Assembly (NCBI GenBank): GCA_976551045.1
Contig: CDPCPM010000073.1
Coordinates: 17,050,001 to 17,114,000, forward strand
Length of the DNA stretch: 64,000 bases
Reading direction: 5' to 3'
From: Glaucostegus cemiculus
Taxonomy: Eukaryota
Position numbers and translations under genes: made by a program. This document shows positions 11,587 to 23,975 of the stretch, piece after piece (positions within the stretch are counted from its first letter, which is position 1; the number at the start of each line of letters is the position of its first letter). Under the pieces are notes generated by a model. The model made no database searches and was not told where the DNA came from. It saw nothing but the letters and a program-made list of their open reading frames with translations.

Positions 11587-12397
11587 GTCACAGAGCAGGG
11601 AAGGACAAGGCCTGGTCTATTCTCTCAGCAGTAAAATGATCCTTTCATAAACTGCACATTAAAAGAGCAGCTAAAGGAGCAACCAAGGTTGGTATTCAGG
11701 AAGGATTAATTTAGATGAGCCAAAGATTCAGATGGTTCGGAGGTTTGGTCCTGTCAAACAGCGAAGACTGAGCTTTCCGGAGCTTGCTGATTGTTGCTGG
11801 GGAGGTGCCCAGGCCACTGCCTTTGCCTCAGCATCGTGACGCAGGCAGGAGATACCTGCTTAAGAGTCCTCAAGTAGTTACATGATGTGAACGCGGGATT
11901 GAATGAGGCTCTTGATGATTTTCCATGGTCGGTTGGCCAACACTTGATGAACTGCTGTCTGTGGGAGGGCTTTTAGCATCTATTAGGCATTAGTATCACA
12001 TGACAGAGAAAGGAGAATAAAAAATTGAAGGCTGGGCATAGATGCATACAAACCCAGTTCTGGTGTAATGATTCAACATTTGGTAAGCTTGAAATTCTAG
12101 GCAATTGCTTTCATTTCAGCAACAATAAATAAGGTTCCAAATGTTAAGGGAATAAACCCAACAGTTGGTGTTCTGGTGCAATGAAGATGACACTTAGGAA
12201 GGGAGTATTATAGTCTGGGTCACCAGCTCCAGGATCTTACAAAATGTCTATATCAACAGTTTACCAAAACTTTCAGCATTCATAGCACAATGACAACTAA
12301 AGTTTGTCCAAATGCTTGTTCACTTTGCAATATTTATACTTTTGTATTTACGTATTTAACTAAATTTAGTCACTTTCATTTAAACTGGAGACATGAT

Positions 12398-12490
12398 CTG
12401 AAATAAAAATTGGGAACTCATCAGCAAATCAGGCAGCCTCTGTGGAGAGAGAAACAAAGTGAGTGTTTTGGATCAATGACCTATCCAGTA
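12398..12490 (-). mobile_element. Penelope-like terminal fragment (degenerate)
   Basis: TCAGCAAATCAGGCAGCCTCTGTGGAGAGAGAAACA, the same motif as the other PLE termini. Confidence 0.55.
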
Positions 12491-13385
12491 GTCAAGTGCT
12501 TTTGTACATAAGTGAAAGCTGCTTTTCTCAATGGGATGTTGCCATGTTTAGAACACCAGGTCTTGAGCTTTATTCAAGTACCAATATTAGTCACCCGGAT
12601 GGTTGATGAGACTTGAGATTTCTCAGTTTCAATGAGTCAAGGTTTATTCATTTGAGGATTCTGTATTTTTTTTCATATACTTTACATTAAACATCACGGT
12701 AACAGACAAACTGATCCTTCAGCTGCTGAGAATTCAGTACCTCCTCTTGATGATAAAAGTGAAATTGTGCAATAATTTAAATACTGAGCAATGAAATTAA
12801 TGTTAAATGGCAATTTAATGTTCAGAAAAATCAGATCATTTGTGTTAAGTATTGTTAAATTAAGAACAGTAACTCATACTGACTTTTTGAAATAAAAGTG
12901 AAGAAACAGAACACACAGCAGAATGAGAGTGGAGTTTTACAGTTAATATTGAGTTGGAGGAGATATACGAAAGATAAACCTCTTTTTGGTTGAAGTCCAA
13001 TATTGAGAAACCAATATTATAATTTATGATTCAATTCCTCTTACTGCAGAGCTTTCTTCTAGGCTTATTATAGATTTAAATGCTTACATTATTGATGGAT
13101 TGATGGGACTAATGATACCATGTAGTTATTTCTCCTGGGTTCCAGTATAGATTGAGTGAAATGTACTGCTGCCTCGAAAGCAGAAAGCTTAAAGTCAGAG
13201 CTGATGAAAAAGATTGACTGTGTGAAAGTACAGTTTGGCTTGTTAACATCATCAATCATTACTATTACCTGTCAATACAATGTTAAGCAGGAGTTCCTAA
13301 ACCATTGGGTTATTCAGTCTCCTGTCAATAACTGTTGGGCATTCTTTCAGATGTGACTCAGCAAGGATGACAAAGTAGTATCTTT

Positions 13386-13702
13386 GAGATCCTTGCACAG
13401 GAGCCAAGGGGAGTTGGGATCCATATCTGAGGACTGGGGGATGAGGGAGTTGGGATCTTTGTCCAGGAGTTGGGGAGTTCAGATCCATATCCAGGGATTG
13501 GAGGACTGGGCAGTTAGGATCCATGGCCAGTAGCTAAGGGGAGTAGGAATTTGAGGTCAGGAGCCTGAGACTTTGGATCCATGTCCAGGTGCTGGGGGAT
13601 TAGGATCTGAGATCAGGAGCCTGTGGATTTGGAATACTAGGAGAGAAGCTGGACACACTGGATCCATGTCCTGATACTCAGGGTTGGACCCATGGCCAGG
13701 GA
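13386..13702. repeat. Degenerate G-rich minisatellite, ~28-36 bp unit, ~11 copies
   Basis: Recurrent GGATCCATGTCCAGGAGCTGGGGGAGTT-like units. Confidence 0.85.
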
Positions 13703-13944
13703 TAAGCACTGGCCAGAACACAAGTCAGACGTTGACCCAAGAAAGAAGGTGGCAACCCCAAGGGTCAGAGAGCAACCAAATAAACATGGGTGATACACAC
13801 AAATTGGGTTGCCAACTGGGGTGTAGTTTTCAGAAGATGGATTTTATCCTTGTGAATGTTTAAGATTTAATCCATTTAAGATATGAGGTAAAATTTTTAC
13901 AAATCCCTATCAAAACATTGTCTATTGCATTTGAATTAATTATG

Positions 13945-14212
13945 CTCGATCTTTACCTCCACGTTCCTAATGCTGGCCTCGTGGCCTACCATTGGCAGCT
14001 ATGCTTTCAGAGGTCAAGTCTGAAGCTGAGAAATTGTCTTCATAAACCTCCACAACTTTCTCTTCCCTATTAAGGCATTCCTTAAAACGTACCACTTTGA
14101 TCTAGTCTGCACTGAAGTCTCCTTTGGCTCAGTGTCAGCTTTTGTCTGATAATGCTACTGTGAAACGCTTGGGATGAAAAGTTTTACCCAGTCAAAACCT
14201 GCTACAAATTGT
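13945..14212 (+). mobile_element. L2-clade LINE 3' end (old)
   Basis: CCATTGGCAGCTATGCTTTCAG...CCTTAAAACGTACCACTTTGA...CTGTGAAACGCTTGGGATG, similar to 55.6-56.0 kb. Confidence 0.6.
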
Positions 14213-15039
14213 TGACTTATGATTCAGTTCCACACCAGGTAACTGCTATGTTGAATTTTATTGGTCCTCCTTATGAAATTAAATAGTAAAAAATATGTAA
14301 GCACTTTCAGTCTTCCTGTGAGAACAGATCTCTAGTCAGCTTTTAGATTCATAAGCCTGGGATGTTTTAGTCAAGTGATCACTGCAGTCATCAGTGCTTT
14401 ATTTTTCTATTCAGACAGTTCTATGGCTCGATTGACGTAAATTTTAAATAATGTTCTTTTGTGATGACGTGAAGGGCATGTACCATCCCTTTCAATTGGC
14501 AAGCTTATCGAGGGAAGTGATAATGTGACGGATGTCATCAATCCAGGCTTCTTTTCCAAATAATATGAGCATCTTGACATTTTCCTTGCCATAATTGAAC
14601 ATTGCCATACTGCACACATCATCAACATGTGCTGACCACATGAACTTAACCAAAGTGTATGAAAAAGGATGTGCAAGATAATTGAACTTAAAGGGAATTT
14701 TTATCTGCAGATAAAAATTCAGATCCTATGGTGGGGTTGGGGTGGGGGCAGGTGAATGGATTATTGGGGGAGCCAGGAATCTAACCCATTGCATCATTTA
14801 TACCTTTGGGATCGGGATTTAAATGAAGCCCAGCTTGCTAGTTTATAAATCTTCCCTATTTGCCGGCTGTAGTCCTTTATTAAATAGTTTTGTTTGATCT
14901 CAAGCCAATTCCAACTCGGCAGTAATCCGCAGCGAAAAAAATGCAATAATTTGGTTCAGTACTGAGTTGGCTAAAACTCATTAGAATCATAAGGGGTGAG
15001 TGATGTGTTGAATAGAAATGTCATACTAGAGAACTGGTT

Positions 15040-15950
15040 ACTGTGGTTTGTGGATGTAGATCATTTATAGAATGAGGAGACACTGGGTTTCTAATGACAG
15101 AAGGACTGATAATCAAAACACACAGATTTGTCAAAAGAACCAGATGCAAGCTGGAGATCTTTCCTTTAATGCTGAGAATTGTGATCTCAAATGCACAGCT
15201 CAGCAGGATAGTGAAAGCAGATTCAGTGGAAACTTTTAAAGAGATATTGGATAAATATTTGAAGAAAAAATACATTAAGCCATGAGAAAAGTATAGCAAC
15301 GGGGACTAATCAGAAAGCTCTTTCAAAGAGTTCACAGGGGTACAATAGACTAAGTGACCTTTTCCTGTGCAGTATTATTCAAGGAAATATATAAGAGATC
15401 ATTCAACCCAACAGGCACAGGGCAGTGCTCAGACTCTGCATGAGGCACCCACTTTTCTATTTCAAATCCTGTCAATGTGTCCTTCCTTTCGTTTCTTGCT
15501 TATATGCTTAACCAGCTCACTTTGAGTGCAACAACTGATAATAACCCAATTTTTCCCTGACGTGACAAGTTACATTTTCCAATTACCCTCTGGATGTAGA
15601 GGTGATTTTAGAATTCCATTTTGGAATTATTTGTGATGATTTTATATTAATAACCCCAAGTTCTGGTCTCTTCTGTGCATCTGTTCTTTCACTAGCCCTT
15701 TCATAATCTGGAAGATCCCTCTCAGGTCATCCCTTAATTTTCTCCTTTTCTAAAGAAAAAGCTGCAGCTTCTTCATTCTTTCCAGACAAGTCTGCCTCTC
15801 TGTTATTGTATCTTTCAAGTAAATGTTTTTTGCACCCTCTCCAGTGTCTCTCGCTATCCTTTTTATAATATGGAAAGTGCATAAAACTCCAAGTGCAGTA
15901 CACCAGCTTTCAACACATGGTCAACATAACTTCTACTTCTCAGTTCTGTT
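15040..15950. mobile_element. Two old CR1 fragments, tail-to-tail (+ strand 15040-15390, - strand 15390-15950)
   Basis: Plus ORF remnant IVKADSVETFKEILDKYL; the minus part resembles the CR1 RT C-terminus. Confidence 0.55.
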
Positions 15951-18246
15951 CCCAGTTTGAAATATTTATAGGTCATTGATCTGCATTACTGCTTTTGGTA
16001 TCATGTGCACTTGTAGCCTCAATTCCTCTTATATAGGATGAAAACAGAAAATGCTGATAACGCTCAAACAGGGTCATTGGAAAGAAGAAGAAGAGTTAAC
16101 ATGGAGACACAAGAGATTCTGCAGATCAGCAGAGTTAACATTTCAAGTTGGTGATCCAATCCCTCTGTCATTCTACCTTTATATAGAGGCTTGTCAGAAG
16201 GAAAATTGAAAATTTACAAGGATTTGCAAGTAGTGTTGGAGTAATTAGAAGAAGTGAAAGAGGTTGCAGTTGTGGAGATCATGAATGTTGGGAAGAAAAG
16301 TAATGAGGATTCTGTATGCCCATTAGTTGTTGGGAAAAGGAAGAAATAGGAAGTCAACAAGGTCAAGATGTTGATAAGTATTTGGGAAATTGGAGTTTTG
16401 CGGAGCTGGAGTTTGTGGAATTTAGTTTACAGGTTGGGTTGGTGCTTGCGAATGGTAGTTAGAGGGACTGCGAGGATGGGGAAGAGAAAGCAAAAGGCTG
16501 GTGAGAAAGTGGCCTTCATTAAAAGGTTCATGACTATGGGCACCTTCATTTTTTAAGATGGGAGAAATGGGCTTTTTTTACTAAAAGCCTGTGAGAGAAA
16601 AAAAGCTGAGACAGGAGAAGGAATTAAGGTACGTTATGCATTGAGGAAATGAAACAGGAATTAGAAGTGAAGCAGAAGATGGAATGGAGAGTGATAAAGG
16701 GAAAGTAGGGAGGATGGAGAAGGCAGCGGTGGGGTGGGAGATGAGAATGGGCAATATTTTTTTAAACAGCCTAAAAACTGGGGCTTAAGTGGGGATGTGG
16801 AAATAATAAAAAATATGCAGCATACAACAGGACAAAATTATTTAATTGTGATTTGCTTTTACTGATGAGAGGAACTGCACAGTCAAGGGAGATGTTAAAT
16901 TGGCGAGGCTTGATAAATCAATTGATACTTGCTGGCAGGACCATTTATTTATTTAATTTTATGCACGCCTTCATCAATTGGGTGCAATTGATTAATTGTT
17001 CTCACATAGTTGGAATCTCATTTAGTTCTATATTTACAGAGGAAAAGGTTCTTGGAGAGAGAAATTAGACTGGTAGGCCATAAATTAAACCTCCCAGGGT
17101 TAAAGTATTAGTTAATACCTGCAGTGCTACTGTTTATTTTTTTTTAATGCGCAGTTTGGGTGCTGGATAAGCCTATATTGAGATTTATTTCATGTTAGCT
17201 GTACTTTAAACCTACTTTATTTTCATTTAACAGAATCATTTGTCTTAGTGAGGAGAGATGATGGGGACCAAGAACATAGCAAGAAATAACCAAAGAGTTT
17301 GTGAAGTATCTAATTTTTCTGAAGTCTATAGTTATGATGGTGGTTGGAGATGAGGATGGGGAAATAAAACAAATTTGGAGAAGGCAGGGAGTCACAAGGA
17401 GGGAAACATTAAAGCAAGGGTATGGATCAAAGTGTACCATCTTATACTGGAGAGAAAGATTGAATGACTCGGTCAAAGCTGAACCCAGTAAGTAGGAATG
17501 TAAATGAAAAAAAACAAGTCTGATGGGTCAACAGAAATGATGTAACTGGGAAATGTTTTGGGAAGTAAATATGATACTTGTGCAAAGATTTATGAGTCTA
17601 GCTTTTGCAATCACACCACAAATGTTTTATTATACTTGCATTATTTCTCATTGGCCACACTATTAACGGAAACCCTAGGGCTTGTTATGGACGTGGATAC
17701 ACATATTGTATCAAGTTGGACTGAATTACAATAAGGCTGTTTTATTATTAATAGGTAAATTGCCATTTAACATTTAAATCGACTGATGTGAAAACTTCAA
17801 TTCTCATTGCAGTTTGAAACGTAATTATGGGATTGCAACCTGTAACCAAACATCCATTAAATAGGGAGAGAAAGGTAAAGGGCTCAGGGAGATAGGCCAA
17901 AGATTGCATACAAAGATTGCACTGTGACCTAAGTAATCCTCCCACCCATACTCCCAACACTAGGGAATTAATATCCAGATGGAGTCTCCAGGCTGTTGAT
18001 CACCACTGGCATAGAAGACATCCTAATCCCTGCGTCTTGAAATAAGCCACACTCTCCTTGCCTCTAACACAGTCACTGGAATCCTTCTGGGTAGTGGGCT
18101 CACTATAGGTTGTGTCAGGGCTGTGAAAGAGGCTCCTGAACTTAAATTCTGGCACTCTTGGGGGCCTAGAAATTAGCAGAAGTCTTGGCTGTCAGTTTTA
18201 TGTAATAGTGGTGGAAATCGGAAGCATGATTGGGCCAAAGTTTACT

Positions 18247-18994
18247 TGAAATAAAGACAGAAAATGCTGGATGCACTTGGCAGGTCAAGCAGCATCTGTG
18301 GAAAGAGAAACAGTTAATGTTTCAGGTCTAGGACCCTTTGTTAGAACTGGGAAAAGGAGAAATTTTCAATTGTGGAGAAGGTGGGGGAGGGATGGCTATA
18401 ACAAAGGGAGTATCTCTGAAAAGGTGAGATCAAAAGAGTAAATATTGCAGTGAAGTAGCCGTCAGGTTCAAATTAAGCTTGTTTGTATAATGTGTTGCTA
18501 ATTGTAAAGCCATGGTACATAGCTGTCACATCAGACTGTACAAATAGAAAAAGAAAAAATAAGCCAAAATATGACAGACAGAAATGGCCAATTCTGATAT
18601 AGACAGAAAGATGGATTGAGTCTTGTTCCATTGGAGATTTTGATATTGAGTCCTGCAGACCGTGACGTGCCCAGATGGAAGATGAGGCATTGTTCCTCGA
18701 GCTTGTGTTGGGCCTTGTAGCAGTGCGGGAGGTCACAGAGAGAAAGGTCAGGATGGAAGTGGGATGGTGAATTCAAGGCCCAGTGCAGGCTCCTGTCTGT
18801 ATCAGAACAGGCCATTTTCTTCATTTTACTGATTTCTCCCTCATCTGAAAACTAACTTGTTTCCTCACTTTCCCCATCCCAACCTGAAACATCAACTGTT
18901 TCTCTTTCTGCAGATGCTGCCTGACCCTGTGAGTGTTTCCAGCATTTTCTATTGTTATTTCAGATTTCCAGAATCTGCAGATTTTTGATTTTCA
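18247..18994 (-). mobile_element. Penelope-like element 3' fragment with GIY-YIG C-terminus, flanked by inverted pseudo-LTR arms
   Basis: ORF 18531-18824(-) NSPSHFHPDLS...HKLEEQCLIFHLGT...GLNIKISN resembles the PLE GIY-YIG end; arms 18247-18327 and 18882-18962 are reverse complements of each other. Confidence 0.8.
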
Positions 18995-20567
18995 TTTATC
19001 TCAGGCTTTGCTTCTCGAATCGAGGATTGAGAAGCTTGCTGTGCTTGGCTGCAAGGGCATATAAGCAGTGTATATAAGGCGATATAAGCAGCGTATCCAA
19101 TTTTCCATGGACTAAGGTCCATTTCTGCATAATCACCTTTTTGCCTCTTATCAATGTGGAGTCCAGGAACAAACTGGGTCCTTCATACATCATGGTGGGA
19201 TTGAATAGGGGAGGGCAATGGTGGGCTGTTGCATAGGTTCTGACACAGTTTGGATGAAGGTGGTTGCCATAAAGCATAGTGTATAAATTGGACTTTTGGC
19301 CATTGTATTTTGTGTAAACAAAGGACCAAGTTGTAAGATGATGCAATTTAAACAAACCTGAAATGGAAATTGTGAAAATGGGTTAGACACCTATATTCCT
19401 GACTCACTTTGCTAACTAGCCAACAGTTGAAAAAGTTGTTTTTTACATTATAAGTTAGAAGTCTCTAGGTGAGCACTTAAATTGCTAAGGCATAGAAGGC
19501 TGTGGATGGAGCACTGGTAAGTGACATGAGTATAGATACGTACTTCATAGCATGGACATGGTGGGCTGAAGGGCCTGGTTCTGTGGTCTGTCACGCTCAA
19601 TTATGCATCAGGCAGACACTCAGTTTAAAACATCAACATTGCAACAAGGGTGACAGTCAGCTGTACGATTAGTTGAGATGAGCAGTCCATATTGTAGGCT
19701 TGCATTCCATGCATACCATTAACCAAACAGTCATACAGTGCAGCAAGAGGCTATTTGTTCCATTGCTCTGTGAAGTCACTATTGAGTTGATCTGACTCCC
19801 ATCCTGTTTCCCTCCAAGTCCTGAATTTTCTTCTTCAAGTATCAATCCAATTCCTTTCTGAAAGTTGTGATCAAGTTTGCTTCCACTCCCTTTTAAGATG
19901 ACTTGTATATTTATCGTTTCCTCTCCCAATTTATTCGCCAGTGATCTGACTGTGATTAGATGCATACACACCCCTTTGTCTTTGACTAGCAGGCTGGTAC
20001 CTATTGTTAATCTGCTTGGTGTCAAAACCATAGTGCAGCTCTGCACTGAGCGATATTGTTGTTTAGCTGTCTTTCAAGCCAACAGTCTCTTTCTTGTCTC
20101 TGTATCTGTGGAAGGGAGGGCGAGCACTGATTGATGGTGGGAAGTGGTGGCCAAGGGTACAGATTAGATTGGATCACATGTTTGAGAACGTGGAATGAGG
20201 CACCAAGCCTTCCCTTGACTGCCAGGTGCAGCACAATCAGCATGTGGGACTAATAGCATTGCGGATGATCACAAGCAAATCTATCACCCAATCACAGCTT
20301 GTTCATTTGCTGCAACAAGGAACGAAGGAATGTATAAATTGACTTTAATTACAACTGCTTCCCTTAGGGTGCATAAAATACATAAATAAACCACCTTTCA
20401 AATGAATCCTCAATAAATCATTCCATTTAGCCGGAGTGGGTTAGGCAAAGAAAACTTTCTTTTGCTGTTATTCATTGATACTTAAAATTAAACTGATGGA
20501 GCTTGCGTCCAATCCTAGAACAGACTTTATTTCAATGAATATTTAATATATAAATAGACTTAAAACT

Positions 20568-20775
20568 CAGAGACACAAGAGACAGCAAACGCTGGAATCT
20601 GGAGCAACAAACAATCTGCTGGAAGGACTCAGCAGGTCGAGCAGCATCTGTGGGGGAAAGGAATTGTTGATGTTTGAGGTCTTAATCTTGCAAGAAGAGT
20701 AAGAGTGGAGAGGGGAGACAGCCATTATGAAAAAGAGAGGGGGCGCGGTGAGACAGGGGCCAGAGGTGACAAGTT
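20568..20775 (-). mobile_element. Penelope-like terminal fragment
   Basis: GAGACACAAGAGACAGCAAACGCTGGAATCTGGAGCAAC...CAGCAGGTCGAGCAGCATCTGTGG followed by a purine-rich segment. Confidence 0.7.
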
Positions 20776-21639
20776 AAGGTGATTTAAAACTCAATTTGCT
20801 GCCTGCATTTTAGCTGGTTTCTTCTGCAGTGGAAAAGACTTTGTGAACATAAAGTGTGCCAGGCTGATTCTGTTGCACGCAAGGCCAACCATTGATAATT
20901 TCCTACTCTCTTTGAGGAGTAGCACAATTTCTAGGTCCACACATCTATATGATTGATCGCATTTGTCGTGGTCTACATTATTTGAGGTGCTTAAGTCAAG
21001 GGCAAACTTTCTTATTTCAGGAATATACTATTTTCTTAATCAACAGTTCCAACATGGAGAACACACTATAACTAGATGTGATGTTGCATGTCATAATTTC
21101 AGTCCTGAATTGATCATGTTTGAACAGGATATTACAGTTATCAGCTGAGACTGTTTCTAGATCCTATAAAGAATCTACAGATTCACAATTCCTTTAAATT
21201 ATTTTATGGCCTCAAGTTCTTATTCTCTTAAACTCTGAGTGAGCAGGTAGTCTGTTCCCACATTTATGTAGACACCTCCATGAGCTGTTTGCTTAGAGAT
21301 TTGTAAATGCAATTCAGGAAACTCTCACTGACTTGACTGAAAGTAATACTTTGATGCTTTAAAATTGGGGAAGACACCATGCCTCTGCTCAGCAGCTATT
21401 TCTCAATTGCAAACCGGCTTGAAGGACACCTTAAAGCATTTCAGAATGTGTGAGCATTGCTTCCATCTTCAAAAAGACAGCAGCTTAAAGCACAGCAGCA
21501 TTCTTGTTCCTCTTCAATACACATGTTTATCCTGCTATAAAGTAATTGCGATTTTAAGAAAACATAATATTGCCTTTCTTCCTAAACTCTCTACTATTCT
21601 AGCCCCTGATCGTGAAAATAAAGGCTTCAATTTCTAATT

Positions 21640-22026
21640 TGTTATCAATGACTTCAAAATGCTCAAGAAAGCTTTACACCTAATGAACCACCTTGTAGTG
21701 TAGTCACCATAGTAAGATAGGAACTACAGCAACCAATTCAGATGAATCAAGGTTCAGTGCGATAATAATCATAACTACTTTCAGTGATATTGAGTGAGGG
21801 TTAAAGATTGACCAGCATAACTCACTGGCTTGTCCTTGAGATAAGGATGTCACCCTTGCATCCACTTGAGAGAGCAGATTGAGCACTAATTTAACATCTC
21901 AATTTCATTACCATCAATTTTTCACTGAAGCACCTGTACTGTAACAGTGCAATCAAGTTTCAGGAATGGGGATTGAACCCACTCTGTCCTATTTAAAAAG
22001 CAAGTGTGCTTCCCTCTGAGTTACAG
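21640..22026 (-). mobile_element. Deu-domain SINE (SacSINE1-like), old
   Basis: GCTTTACA...GTGTAGTCAC...GAGGGTTAAAGATTGACCAG...GGGATTGAACCCAC (B box on the minus strand). Confidence 0.65.
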
Positions 22027-22595
22027 ACCCAAAGTAGGTCTTCTTCAAAAAAGGTATATGCATCATGGTCACTATTCCATTGTATGAATCTGTTCAGATT
22101 GGATTCTACCCTGTTGACTCCACTGAGCCATCGTGGTAAATATCAATGTTGCCCATGAAACTTCTATTCATATCTCATTTCTCTATGGAGATTGTGCATG
22201 TCCTGTCTTTCCTTCATGGTCCACCTGCAAGGGCCAGCATGTATCTAGTTTACACCTTACTATAAATTTCATAAGGCCAATAGATATATTTGTGGCAGAA
22301 ATGATATTGAAGAATATTGTAACTAAAGTAAATAACTGGATGGAAGGGGTTGGTTGTTTACTGTTTTGTACTGTGTTCCAAAGGAAAGACTGTGAGGAAA
22401 TAATGAGATAGTTTAAACGTGTCTTTATAATGTGTCACATGTAACTGTGGTTTTGGTGGAACAAATTAGCACAGTTTTTCCCATAATTTAGAAATATTCT
22501 CAGAAATATTTCTCTTTTTTAATTTGCATGGGAGGATGCTGCATGGAGTTGTACTATCTGGTAAGGTGATCTTGCAGATTTTCCTGCATAGCTAT

Positions 22596-23480
22596 TAGCT
22601 GTGCTTTGGTGGTAAAATGTTCCTTCCTGACACACAAGATTGCATGTTCAAATCCCATGGATGTAACATATGAATTAGGAGCAGGACTATGCCACTTGGC
22701 CCTTAATGCTGTTCTGCTTTTGAATAATGTCACAGTTAATCTTACTCTAGCCTGAACTCCATATTCTTGCCTAATCCTAATAATTTTTCATGCCTTGCCT
22801 ATTAAGAATCTATCTAACTTTGCCTTATAAGTATTCAAAAAACCTCTACTTCCACTGTCCTTTGAAAAAGAGATTTCCAAAAACTCTCAACCCTCTGAAA
22901 GAAAAATGATTACTTTATCTATGCCTAAATGGGTTACATCTTATTTTTAAACAATGACCCCTGGTTGTAAATTCTCCCACAAGAGAAAAACATCCTCTCC
23001 ACCAAAACCCTTTCAAGATTTCTCAGGATTATAAACATTTTATCTGAGATCTTATATGTTTTAATTGTTACTTCTCACTCTTCTAAACTCTAGCGGATAC
23101 AAGCCTAGCCTCTTCAGTCTTTCCTCATAAGATAATCCACTCATTTTAAGTGTAGGTCTAGTAAACTTCTCCGAACTGCTTCCAGTGTATGCACATCCTT
23201 CCTTAAATGATATATCTAGGCTGGCAACTCAGAACAACACTAAGGGAATTCTGCACTCTCAAAAGTATCTTCATCCAGATGAGATGTTAAGCAAGACTCT
23301 CTTGATCCTGTGGCATCACACTGTGGTCGAACAAGGGAGTTTTATCAGCATCTTAGTTACTTAACCAATCATTTAATCAAAAATTATCTTACAATGTATC
23401 ATATTCCTATATAATTACTGTGATTATGCTTCAAAAATACCTCATTGATTGTAAAACACTTTGGAACAATCCTAAGTTCC
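22596..23480 (+). mobile_element. Deu-domain SINE split by a CR1 insertion (head 22596-22660, body 23210-23480)
   Basis: tRNA-like head ...GTTCAAATCCCA; after the CR1 the SINE resumes with ATCTAGGCTG...GATGAGATGTTAAG...GATTGTAAAACACTTTGGAAC. Confidence 0.6.
22665..23205 (-). mobile_element. CR1 LINE 3' fragment
   Basis: Tail TTAGGAGCAGGACTATGCCACTTGGCCC; body CCCTCTGAAAGAAAAA...CTTCTAAACTC matches the other CR1 copies. Confidence 0.75.
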
Positions 23481-23549
23481 AAGGTGCTCTGAGTGTTAGT
23501 TCATTCTTCCTATCATTCTTTCTTCTGTTCACATCTGTTCCATATAAGG

Positions 23550-23975
23550 TGGGGGGAGGGGGAGGAACATATGCAGGCAGGTGATAGGTGAGTTCAGGTG
23601 ATAGATGAGTCCAGGTGAGAGGGGATGTGGGAAGAAACCAGAGCACTGGGTGGAAACCCAGATGGTCATAGGGAGAACGCAGCACCAGAGGTTGGGATCA
23701 AACCAGGATCTCTGGAGCCTGAGGGAGCAGCACCAACTGCTGCACTACCATGGTACTCATGGATGAGGATCAATGTCACAACTTTCCTTGCCTAGAAGCT
23801 GAAGAGGCAGGTTACAATTACAATGCTTAAAAGATATTGAGATAGGTAAATGGTTAGAAAAGGTTTAGCAGGATATGGATCAAATGCAGGTAAATAGGAC
23901 TAGCTTGGACAGACAACTTGGTCGGCATGGATGAGCTGGGCCGAAGGGTTGTTTCTGTGCTGTATAACTCTATAT
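23550..23975. mobile_element. Cluster: PLE piece (23550-23620), V-SINE 5' half (23622-23750, - strand), CR1 tail (23795-23975, + strand)
   Basis: GGTGATAGGTGAG repeats; GATGTGGGAAGAAACCAGAGCAC; GGGCCGAAGGGTTGTTTCTGTGCTGTATAACTCTAT. Confidence 0.65.

Noticed and set aside
13386-13702. CRISPR-like periodicity
   Set aside because: Units are degenerate tandem copies without invariant repeats or unique spacers; vertebrate context and no cas genes.
14461-14640. Possible C/D box snoRNA (GTGATGA...CTGA)
   Set aside because: No terminal stem or recognisable guide sequence; these motifs are common by chance.
16230-17500. Long purine-rich stretch with small ORFs
   Set aside because: Probably a highly decayed antisense LINE; the family cannot be assigned.
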